In this document: piece by piece, positions 47,293-58,553 of the stretch
How the letters are laid out: the number at the start of each line of letters is the position of its first letter
Numbering within the stretch: the stretch's first letter is position 1
Assembly: GCA_965202585.1 (NCBI GenBank)
Contig: OZ241826.1
Location: forward strand, 29,388,001-29,452,000
Source of the DNA: Thalia democratica
Taxonomy: Eukaryota
DNA: 64,000 nt
Direction of reading: 5' to 3'
Position numbers and translations under genes: made by a program
Notes under the pieces: generated by a model
The model's input: only the letters and a program-made list of their open reading frames with translations
The model's database searches: none
Told to the model about the DNA's origin: nothing

Positions 47293-50200
47293 GCCCGGTT
47301 CGAAATCACTCAAACATATTGTGCACGTATCGCTTACGTTTGACTGGTCGGCCGTGAATTTCCTGAACTTTTCTACTCTCGACTTTGTCAGACCTTTACA
47401 GATATTTTAGTTTAAAAAATTTTTGGGTACGTTTTAATTACTCTATTAAGGGTTGGTAGTTTACGATTTTTTGGTGAAAAAAAAAGTTTTAATACAAAAT
47501 CTAAATAATTGGCACATATTAAATCTATGTAAATACTTGGAAGAAAAACTCATTTTTTAAACTAAGTTAGAAGTCTTTAATTTTTTTAGTAAGCAATACG
47601 AAGATAACAAAAAAATATTTTTTTGTTCTTTACATTTACAGAAAAAAATTACAAAAAAAGAGAGTCCTTTGTAAAACAAAACCTTTAGATGGCAGTTCCC
47701 ATACGTCATCGTTGGGATCGAATACTTCATCATCGCTGAAATCATCAAATAAGTTATAAAAGTCATCAAAGAAGTCATCACTGACGTCACTACTGTTGTC
47801 ATCAACAACGTCATTACTGACGTCATTACTAACGTCATCGTCATCACGGACATCATTACTGACGTCATTATGATAATGTTTAAAGTTAATAGTAAGTTGT
47901 ACGTTAGGGTTCTGACTATCACTGACGTTATCGTAAGTGTTAATATTGACATCAAGTTGCCCATCCGGGCTTCTTAGACGAGCCACTTGGCTTCGAACGT
48001 GACCGGCACTCACTGGAGTTTGATGTGGTGCCACCTGTATTCAATTTTTTGATGGGTTTAAAAAAATTGTTAATTTACAACGAAATGATTTAAAATGTGT
48101 AGGTCTTGTTTTTAAATCTTACTGTGTTTATTTATTTTTTAGGCACCCAATTTAACGTTTATCTTTATTTAAGCACAAAAACTTCTCTAAAATAAAGTCA
48201 ATACTGTTTATAAGCATCTATTGAGACTAAATAGCTGAAAAATGTGTGTAATTAAACAAAAAAACGATTATGTTACTGTAGTTTTAAACGTTTTAAACTA
48301 AAAAAACAGCTAAGATTAAAATACCAAAAACCGAAACACTTTTTTAGTTAATTAAAGCTTCCTTAATTTGTTCAAAACTTCCTTTATTTATTGTTTACAT
48401 ACTTCTATCAAACAAAACCGAAATAGCCTTTTATTGGAATCCACGCTGGGAGTCCCTTTTACTTAATATATTTCATAAAAAAAAGTAGTTACATGTATTT
48501 AACAATTACTAACAAGTACTTACACAATTTCAAACTTACATAATTTTGAGCTTGTTGTCCATTGTAGTTTGCAATTGGTGGTTGTAAACCCGGCTAGAAA
48601 AATTAATATGCATGATAAAAATTTTACTTCGATCAAAAACAAAATTATCGGATTGTTTAAACATCATACATAACTTAAGTTATTTAAGTATGATAATAAA
48701 TTAAGAAAACAAAAATAAAATTGTCTGGCATTATAAAAATTTCCATTACTATGTTACAGCTTATATTGTATGATAAACTTTTTTTACTAAAACCACGATT
48801 AGTTTATCAATGTGGTTTTTTACCAGATCCGAAACTCTGACGGATTTGGCCTTGGCTTGACAAAGATGCAATTGTATTTAAACTCATAAAACTGATTTCA
48901 ACCCGGTTCCGATCATATTGAATCTTAGTTTCCGGATCCAATCAATCATGTTAAAAAAACCTTTCTTATCATTAATTTGTTCTATAGGTCCAACAAAAAC
49001 TAGCTACAACCATTTAAAAAAAAAAAGCAAACCCTGACGTGAACCTTTTTTTTTTTTTGTTAATAATATCTAGTTAGATCCGAATTTCAGCAAGCTACGG
49101 TCAGATCTAGCGTTTAGGTCCGTTAGTACACTAATAAAAACTACTTTAATGTTATAAACTTGTTAAATCAAGTTTAACTAATTTAGTAAATAAAAATGTA
49201 GAAGTTATACCTTAACTATAATCTGTTTTAAATTTTTTTTAGAGTTAATGATTTTTTAGCAGAAGCTTGTATACTTGAAAGTAAATAAATAAAAGCAAAC
49301 CTTTAATTTTAGTCAGTTTTTTACTTTTATAAGTTAAGTTTAAACTTTTATATTTTTTAAGTTTATATAAACTTTCCTAAAAATCATCAAAGAGGTTTTT
49401 AAAAAATTTTGTATAATAAGTCTACTGAAATAAATTAACAAAGCATTTAGTATTAAAAGGCTTTAAAATGTTTTTAAAACAACTTATATACATAGTTGAC
49501 ATGTGTTTTCGCCAAATTTTTTCTAGGTTTTCAAAATTTCGTTCAGGTTTTTAAAAGTACACACATTTTCAGGTATATTAATTAGTTTAAAGTTAAGTTT
49601 AAGATAAAAAACTGTGTTTAATAGTTTTTAAATATTGCAAAGATACTCTGGGTACTTTAAATGTCTTTTTTAATAAATTTTTCGAATCCATTTAGTTGTT
49701 TTTTTAAATCAAATCGAAATTTAATTGTTAAAAATTCTAGGTTTTTCAAGATTTTTTAGCCGAAATTGTTAAATTTAATGCTTATTTAAGGATTCAAGAG
49801 TTTTTTGGCTAACCGGTATATAAGTTTAAAGTGTGTTTTTGTATCTCAAAATACAAAAATATATGATTTCATTTTAGCGAATTTAGGAAATTTTAGAAAA
49901 CTTACTAAAAAAATTGCGACCTATACAAAAGTTTTAACAAAACTTATGTCTCAAAAGTGGTATTGTACTACTTCCGAATAAAAATAAAACGACATGTAGG
50001 ATGTAAAGTGATATTTTTAGGAGTCCTTGCTCGTGCAACAAAAATACTTAGTGCTAATACATTCAATTACTTTTATAAATATATGTTTTATGTTCATAAA
50101 TGTTTCTCACTTGAAACTTTTGAGTTATCAAAACTATTAAAAACTAATGCTACATATATAATAAGGATTAGTATTTAGACAGTTTTTAATAAAAATTAAC

Positions 50201-50361
50201 AAATATATAAGTTACCTGAAATATTCTGGGTTGGCTAGTATAAGCAACAGGGTAAGGTTGAACCAATGGATTATAACCAAAAGAATTCAAAAGTGCGCAA
50301 ATGAAATTGTCTTGAGCAGAATAGTATGCTAGTACTGCATTGTGAACATCTTGAGCAAAAT

Positions 50362-51020
50362 AATTTGTAGGTGCTCCAATGTTATTGTTTTGAGCATAAA
50401 TATTAGAAGGTGCTCCAATGTTACTGTTTTGAGCATAAATATTAGAATGTGCTCCAATGTTATTGTTTTGAGCATAAATATTAGAAGATGCTCCAATGTT
50501 ATTGTTTTGAGCGTAAATATTAGAAGATGCTCCAATGTTATTGTTTTGAGCATAAATATTAGAAGATGCTCCAATGTTATTGTTTTGAGCATAAATATTA
50601 GAAGATGCTTCAGTGTTATTGTTTTGAGCATAAATATTAGAAGATGCTCCAATGTTATTGTTTTGAGCATAAATATTAGAAGATGCTCCAATGTTATTGT
50701 TTCGAGCATAAATATTAGAAGATGCTCCAATGTTATTGTTTTGAGCATAAATATTAGAAGATGCTCCAATGTTATTGTTTTGAGCATAAATATTAGAAGA
50801 TGCTCCAATGTTATTGTTTTGAGCATAAATATTAGAAGATGCTCCAATGTTATTGTTTTGAGCAGAAGAATAAGAAAGTGCAGCGAAATTATTATTTTGG
50901 GCAGAAGAACTAAATGGTGCTGCAAAATTATTATTTTGGGCAGAATAGTTAGAAGTTCCCACGTTACTGAATTGACTCAAAGAGTGAGTAGGTGCTCCTA
51001 TGTTATTATTTTGAACAGAA
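50362..51020 (-). repeat. Coding 39-bp minisatellite in beta-2
   Basis: About 13 near-perfect AQNNNIGASSNIY units plus degenerate ones. The exon is 156 nt (4 x 39) shorter than in beta-1. Confidence 0.96.
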
Positions 51021-54000
51021 AAATCAGCATGTCTTCTAGTAAAGTTGTTATGAGTAGAAAGATCAAAAGGTGTACTAGAATAAATATCATTTTGACGAGT
51101 GAAATTATTATTCGCTGTAGTATTCGTTGTTGGGGATGCTCCAGAAGTTTGAACCCTTGGAACAAAAATTGAACTAGGAAAACCTTCAGCATTGAACCTA
51201 TCACTCTCACCATTAGACTGTGTCAAGTCGATTATTTCTTCTTCTTTTTGCTTTTTGTTCTGGGTCAGGTCAATGATCTCACCAGCTCTCTTGTTTCCAT
51301 TTCTGGACGTTCCCTCCTGGAAAAAATATTAAAAACTTGTTAATTTTTTTTTAATTCAGATTAAAATTAACTGCAAAATTTGCCATAACTTATACAGTTA
51401 GTTATATTAAATAACCTTTTTAATGTTAAGTAAAATAGGAAAAAGTTTTTAGTATGCTTAAATATTCTTTATATTATTTGTTTCTAAATTATTAATCAAA
51501 ATCACGGCGTGATATTTTCCTAGTGTCATAAGGGGTGCAGAACAATATTAACTTAAATTTGTCTTTTTTATGCTAGCCTGAGCTAAAATTTAATGATAAA
51601 ACTGTTTAGGAATTAATAATACTCTAGTCTAAAGCAGTTTATGTTGCCTATTGTCACATCAGAATGTATTACTATTTGTGTATAAAAACATTTATATTAT
51701 ACATAATTTAAACAATAAAACAATGTATTTTATTATGCTAGTGTTTTAACATTTGTATTATTTTTTTTTGATACTTATTATTAATGTTCAAAAGTTGTTT
51801 AAAAGTTAATTTTTTAATACATATTTTCTTTTAAAAATACCAGATGTTGGATTTTATTTTAGAGAGGCAAAGATGACTTTTAGATAAGATAAAAGCTACA
51901 TTTTGAGCTAAGACTTAATTTAAAAAAAACTGTTTCATAATATTTAAAACACACTAATAAGGTTTTTGAATTAATGTATTTATACGTATTATTGTACAGT
52001 ATTACAGTATCAATATATTTTATAGACTTGAAGATAATAACATTTTACAATACTATTTATTAGTAAAAAACCAAACAAAGGTTTAATGTACAAAGTGTAA
52101 AATAAAGCACGGAAAACTGAAAAAGAAACTAAGTTACTAAAACAGTTTATATTTTTTTAAAGTAAGTTACTTAATCATTTCTTAATACTAGGTTTTAGTT
52201 TTACTTTAACTTTACTAAAAAAAATTTCTTTTTAGAAAGTTAAAAAACCATAAAAAAATTAAAAAATATGTCATTCATTAAAATAATACAAAAAGACTAT
52301 TCAATTGACTTTTTGTCAGTAATGTTACATTTAAAACAAGTTAGTGTTGAAATTTATTTGCACCAATAAAAATAGAAAAATAACATCAAAAAGTTAGAGA
52401 AATATACAAAAAGAAAAAAGGTAAACATTACCTGAACATTGTTAGACAAAGAAAAATTATCAGAAATTTTTTCATCCATTTTAGCTTATAAATCTGTAAA
52501 AAAACGAGACAAATTATTAAACAAGCTATGTTATAATTATAAACTAAGAAATGTTTAATTTAATAGTAAAAAAAAACTTATTTAAACTGCAAAGATGATT
52601 TGCATTGTTATTTGAATATTTAGCAGAGATGAACCTAAGCTTTTTCAGGGGGGGCTAGTACAGACTTTACTTAAAATATTAAACTACACTTGATACAGCT
52701 AAAAAACAAGTTATAAAGTTAATTTGTACATGTTTAACTAAATATATTTTTGCTGTTTTTATTTACAGTAATATAAACATTACTAACTCTTAAAAGAATA
52801 AAGATACCCACAAATTATTATTGTTTTAAGTCAAGATCTTTAAAATACTAATAAAAATTTAGATATAAAACACTTTTAAATCCTATTTGTTCAGTTAATA
52901 AAAAATGATCAGCTAGTTATATCTATAATACTCAATATAAATTACTCTATTAATATTTATTTTTAATTGATTTTACTTTTCGAAATATTTAGTTAATAAA
53001 TAAATTTTATCTTTATATTTTAATTTTGTTTAACAATAATAAATCTGTCAGGGACAAAATGTGATGGTTTTACCCCTAATAATTCTAAAGTATCTTTAAT
53101 ATACTATTGGATCATTACATAGCATTCTATTTTAGTATTATGCTAAGATTTAAATAAATGTTCAAATTTTCCTATTTAAAATGGTCACAGTTAAAAAGTT
53201 AAATAACCATTATTAGTTTTTTGTTAGATTTTCTATTTTAAACTAATTTTTTCAAAACCCATTTATAATAATACTATATCATACAAATATTTTGTTGAAA
53301 AACACAATGTTTTTGTCTAAATCTTATATTTGAACACATTATAAAAGTACGTTAAAAGATCTACCCATACATAATCTCAGATTTATTTTTAGATTTTTTT
53401 TTATTAATATGAAACACCTGATTTTTGCAGGTTTTTAAATAAATGTTTTTAATTCAAGGTTTCAAGGTTGTTTTGCAAGCCTGTATAAAAAAAACAGTAT
53501 GTTTAGCATATATCTAAAATATGATTACCTTTTTAGATTTTAAAAACTGTTCTAAAATACTGAAAACTATACTTTGTAACCTAAACTAGCTAAGTTATCA
53601 GGATTTTTAAAACCATAAATAATTTTCCTCGTTCTACATACTAATAACCTATTTTTGTTTTAAAAAAATATGTCAAATATGATATTCATTAAAAAGATGT
53701 TAAAATAAGTTGTCAAAGTATAAAAAGAAATATCTACAGGGATATAAAAAAATTAATTAACTTCTAGAATTAAGTCTTTAAATAAAGTTAGTTATATCAA
53801 ACAAAATAAAAGATTACAAACTATTGTTACTTGTTAGTTTTTTCTTATTTAATGTCTAAAAATAAAGTTAAGAAACTTTAAAAAAATCTTAAAACTACCC
53901 TGAATTAAATAAAAAACTTAGTTAGCATTACTTTTTCTAATTCTTTTAACTAAACATTAGTTTCTGAAGCTATCTAAAATATTTAACAAACTAAAATAAC

Positions 54001-54127
54001 ATCAACAGTTATTCTCAGTTAATTGAGTTAGTATACTGAGTTTGTGGCTGCCATTCTTTTTTAATATTAAAATTATCCTCGAGAAAGCACATAAAGTGAA
54101 CATACAGAACAAAAAGTTAGAAATTAC

Positions 54128-54317
54128 TAGGATACAATTACTTTAAGAGACAACAGTTGTTTAAAAAAAATTTTAAACTTTTCTCAGAAATATTCTATAC
54201 TATTATGAACTATTTTTATCCACACCAGGGCTAAGAAGAAGTTTATTTTGTAAAATCTAAAATTTAAAACTAAAAAAAATTGTTGATTATTTCCTGTCTC
54301 TTAAAGTTATAGTAACC
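54128..54317. mobile_element. MITE of about 190 bp (ortholog of 33196-33391)
   Basis: TAGGATACAATTACTTTAAGAGACAACA ... TGTCTCTTAAAGTTATAGTAACC. Confidence 0.65.
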
Positions 54318-57040
54318 AAATATTAAATAAGCTGTGTTTGCAAAGTTTTTACAACGTTTAATTTATCTAAATGGGAAAAAGATTGTTAAAATAAAACTAT
54401 GAAAAATTTTTAAAAATTGAAATTTACTAAATTTTAAGTACTTGTTTTATATTAGAAAAAATTAACAATTTGAGTTTGATAATTTAACTAAACTGTTGAA
54501 TTAGTAAATGTAATCTGCAAGAAACTTTAAATTAAAATATTTACTATTTTTACTCTAATGGATGTATGTACCTGTATGATAATAACAAATGATTGAACTT
54601 ACTAAACTTTGATCAGTCTTTTTCGCTTGGCTAGTTTTATATGTACATTTTTATAAAATATTCAGTATTCAAAACACGTTAGACTAAATATACAAACCTA
54701 AAAGTAGCTGTTTGTGGAAAACAATTAGTTTAAGCTACATTGCCCCTTTATATGAAAACCTGATTTCTTAGTGAAGCTTTTTAAGAATCAATTATATCAG
54801 TTAACTTCTATACTAAAAAGCACGCATGAATCTACATAAATAAAACATTCTTTTTAAATTCTTTGCTAGAGTAAATAAATTAAAAATTTCCGCACATAGA
54901 ATTATTTTTTACAGATTTACTAGTTCAATTTATGATAGTAGCCTAGAAATTAATGTCTTTAAATAAATTAAATTTTATATAACAGTTGCAGCATTATAAT
55001 TTAGCTTGTTATACTCAATTTATAATTAAAATACTTATGCAGGGCTTCTTTTCAACAGTTGAGTCTAACTAAAACGAATGTTTCAAAAACAAAATATTTA
55101 TACAATTTAAAGCTGGTTACAGTTGTTTTTAATTTTTATTAAACTATTTTTTGTTCTTTGTATAACTTAATGTTAGGATTATAGAAATCAGTTGGTAAAT
55201 TCACCGTTTGAAATTTTTAAAAATTCAGAAAAAGCAAAACATATATGAAAAGAAGTATAGTTTTTAACTTAATAGTTTTTTTAGTTAAATAACCAATTTT
55301 TTTTTCCCCATTTAGGGGTAGCACATGCCAACTAAAACAATCAAAGAGTTGCTTGTAAGTAAAAAATATATATTTAGATTGTTCTGGCAAGTAGTAATTG
55401 ACATTTTAGTGATAAGAACATAAAACTAAACCTAAATAGTTTTGTAAACCGTTTTTATTTAAACATGGATTTTGATGTTTTTTTTCTAATCCAAGTAATA
55501 AAGTTTTCGTGCAAGATTTTAAATAAAGCGGGCTGATGTTTTATTATTCTATACTTCTAACAACCCTGCTGTCAACTTATTTTGTGTAAAACTTATACTT
55601 TTTTATAAATTCAAACTAATTTACCATTAAACATAGCTATCGTTGTAACGGTTGAACCTTAAATCCAATAAATAGTCCAATTAATATAATTTTATACTTA
55701 TTCAAATTTCTTTATTATTATAACTAGCATTTAGACATATTTTTTTTTAAACTTTGATCAAAAATTGAACTTTTTATGTATAAAATAAGACAATATACAT
55801 TTTGATATTTATTTTATTAGTTGAAAATATTTAAATCTGTTCTTAAATAAAATTTTTAAAGTTTAACTTGAAATATGTTTTGATATTGTTTAATAGTCTT
55901 TAAAAGGGGGTTGTCTTAACTTTTTTAACATGGGGTAGTATATTGTTTTGTTCAATAACAAAAAGTTTTCTGTAACAGTTTTTTTAAAACAGTCTAAGTA
56001 AAAAAACTGTGGTCAACTCTATCATTATGTTTTAGTTTTATTACTTGAATTTCTTCTTTCAGCAAAATATTTTTTTAAGTGTTCAACTATTTTAACTAAT
56101 ACAGATATTGTGGTATATCTTTTTATGAGGGTTTTAAAAATATTTATCAAAAACAGAAAAATTAATTTAAACTATAGTAAATGTTAGTAGATTAACTGTT
56201 GGTCATTAAAAGCTCTTTTATATTACTACAATTTGCTGCATTGAAAAAAAAAAAACCACTCACTGAGACGTGCACCACTTGGAAACAATTTAACGTTATG
56301 TCCAGGACATATAATACAACTTAAAAATCAATATTTAACAATTGTTTTACTTTAACTTTCTGTTGTATAACGAAAAAATTAAAAATAAGCAAATAATTTT
56401 TTTTCATGAGGATGATTTTTATACTTATTTAAAATCTGATTAAACTTTCGTTTCTTTATGTTTTTACATTCAGCAAACAAAACTTTGTCAAAGACCTTAA
56501 GTTTATTTTATGAATAAATCATTTATTTAACATGATTGAAAAAAAAGAATACAATTTAAATTTTAAAGTTTGCTCGTAATAAATACTATCACTTTTTTTT
56601 GCTGCTTCTTTTTTTTCGTAAGAACAAGTAATTTCAGTAAGTTTAAGCACTTTTGAACTTTTTTTTTATTGAGGGTAATAACCTACATATGTTTTAAAAC
56701 TTCTATTGGTTTCAATAATGCTGCATTCATTGCTTTAATACAATTATCACTAACCAAGTTTACTCAGTATTAAAGAATATGGGTGAAAATAGTGCATAAG
56801 TTACTGAACAATTGTTAAGTAACCAGGTATCGTTTTTTGTTTAAGTAAGACTATAGATTTTGTTTGAAATACCTAACTTGAAACAAATAATTTAGTAGTT
56901 TCAAGTGTAATTTTTTTTTAATGTCCTGGACAAAACGTTAAAAGAATTCCAATTTGATAACCGAAAAGTTTTACTTCTTTTAAATTAATAAATTTTATGA
57001 TATCTTTCAGCTATATAGTCAAGTGCAGTCTTAATTACTA

Positions 57041-57187
57041 TTTTTTGTACACCAGGTCATTGGATCAAACCTTTTAATTGTATTTTTTGTCGTTCAATAA
57101 ACAATAATATATTAGACTGCAATTTTTTTGAACGACAAAAAAAAAAACAATTAAAAGGTTTGATCCAAGGACCTGGTGTACAAAAAA
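57041..57187. repeat. Near-perfect foldback of 147 bp (arms 57041-57097 and 57128-57187, 30-nt loop)
   Basis: TTTTTTGTACACCAGGTCATTGGATCAAACCTTTTAATTG...GTCGTTCAA is mirrored with about 2 mismatches and a longer A run. Confidence 0.92.
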
Positions 57188-57264
57188 CATTTCGGTTATG
57201 GAGTCGTACAAAAGAACAGACTCTAATATATTAAATAAGTTAACTTTTATTGAGTCAAACTTAC

Positions 57265-58553
57265 AGTAATCATTAAGCTCGAGCACACACAAGTTGTCGA
57301 CAATTGTTTTCAGTTCTTCAGCTGAACTCACAAGAGGTTCTTTGCACTTCTTCTGAGGTGGCCAATGATGGTTGCATCCTTGATTTGCATGAGAAGCTCC
57401 CGGACAATTACTGGAATATTTATTTAATTAAGCCAACATTTATATATTGGAGCTTTGTTTAGCTAAAAATATAATAATCTCAAGTTTGTATTCAATCAAA
57501 GTAAGAAACTTAAATCTCTAAAAACCAATAATAAAAAAATACTGATCAAGAAGTAAGTAAATTTAATAAATTTATTTCACAGGTTTTATTAATAACATTT
57601 TAACCTTGCATTAGCAGCTGAAAAGCCAAACCAGTTTGTACTCTGCATTTGATTCGGAGCAGTGAAACTTTGACCAACGGTGCTGCTGGTAAGAAAATAG
57701 GCAAATTATTTAATAATGTGAAAATTTGCTACGACCCAATGTATTGAACTAGTTAATTATTTATTTAATAACACACCTTACATTTTTTTAACCTTTAAAC
57801 TCTTCTTGAAAAAGGTTTTGTTAACAACTGAAGTTATTTTGATTGGAAAACCAGAATTACTAATGCACTTGTTTTTTTTTTACCAAACAACTTAAAAATA
57901 CAGTACTTAAAAAATTTGATTTTGTTTTTCACATTTAGTTAAAATTAAACATCTTTCATTAACCTTGTACTACCAGCAGCAAGGTCTGACCAGTATGTGT
58001 TCTTCATTAGTTTTGAAGCGGTGAAGTTTGAACTAGTGGTGTTGCTGATAGAAAAATTGTAATTAAAATGAGGAAGTTTTCCGTAGTCAACCGCATTGTG
58101 TCCTGATGGCTGGTTTTTAACATACATCTCTGTAAACATATTAAATACTATTATGATTTTTATCAGCATTACTTTTTATTCTTATATTTTAAAATATGTT
58201 TGCTAACTTTGTTCAATGACAATAAAATATCATAAATTTGTAGTTTAAAACGTTTTAAAATGAAATTAACTCCATAAAATTAATAAAGGAATCGTTCTTA
58301 CTAACTGAATGTATTAGCCTACGTTTAATTCAGTTTGTATTATACAAAGGGTATATTTTTAAATACAGTATTTTAATTATCTATGTATGAAACAAACAAT
58401 TTATAGAATTAATTTTAATTGAAAAGTAAAGTCAAAATTCAGTAACGCTTGTAGTTAAAGTTAAACTTATATTATATGTCCATAAATTATTAAAACTAAC
58501 TTAGTGAAAAAAAGTAAAAATTATCTATTACCTTGCCTTTTACTTGCATCCAT
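57265..58553 (-). CDS. Spliced gene of unknown function. Exons 58532-58569 (candidate ATG 58553), 57964-58129, 57605-57685, 57265-57410; 3' end unresolved
   Basis: Four AG/GT-bounded exons join in consistent phases: MDASKRQEMYVKNQPSG...STNWFGFSAANASNCPGASHANQGCNHHWPPQKKCKEPLVSSAEELKTIVDNLCVLELNDY. No domain was recognised, and upstream coding exons are possible. Confidence 0.62.

Larger units (their letters stand above)
36984..52479 (-). pseudogene. Beta-2: SIM-SIM / repeat / acidic / RING gene with the RING exon split by the LTR element. Exons 52432-52479, 50216-51316, 47683-48034, 47293-47393 + 36984-37107
   Basis: Same exon phases as beta-1 and both SIMs read IIDLT. Removing the element and one GCCC restores a 221-nt RING exon with an open frame (CTICLSDFEPG|NNLIELNCGGKHVFCTECATKWFEKHNTCPNC). 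Confidence 0.9.
34927..55800. repeat. Segmental duplication unit 2 (contains the LTR element; about 2.6 kb deleted near 36318 relative to unit 1)
   Basis: Homology to unit 1 jumps from about 20928 to about 23580 at position 36318. The unit is otherwise collinear. Confidence 0.88.

Noticed and set aside
19500-55800. Segmental duplication as an uncollapsed-haplotype artefact
   Set aside because: Intronic divergence and large private indels look too extensive, and the junction near 34927 truncates a gene. Read-level confirmation is still desirable.
57265-57410. Resemblance of CKEP..EELKTIVDNLC..NDY to an sFRP netrin (NTR) domain start
   Set aside because: There is no Frizzled CRD or signal peptide in upstream exons, and the match is too short.
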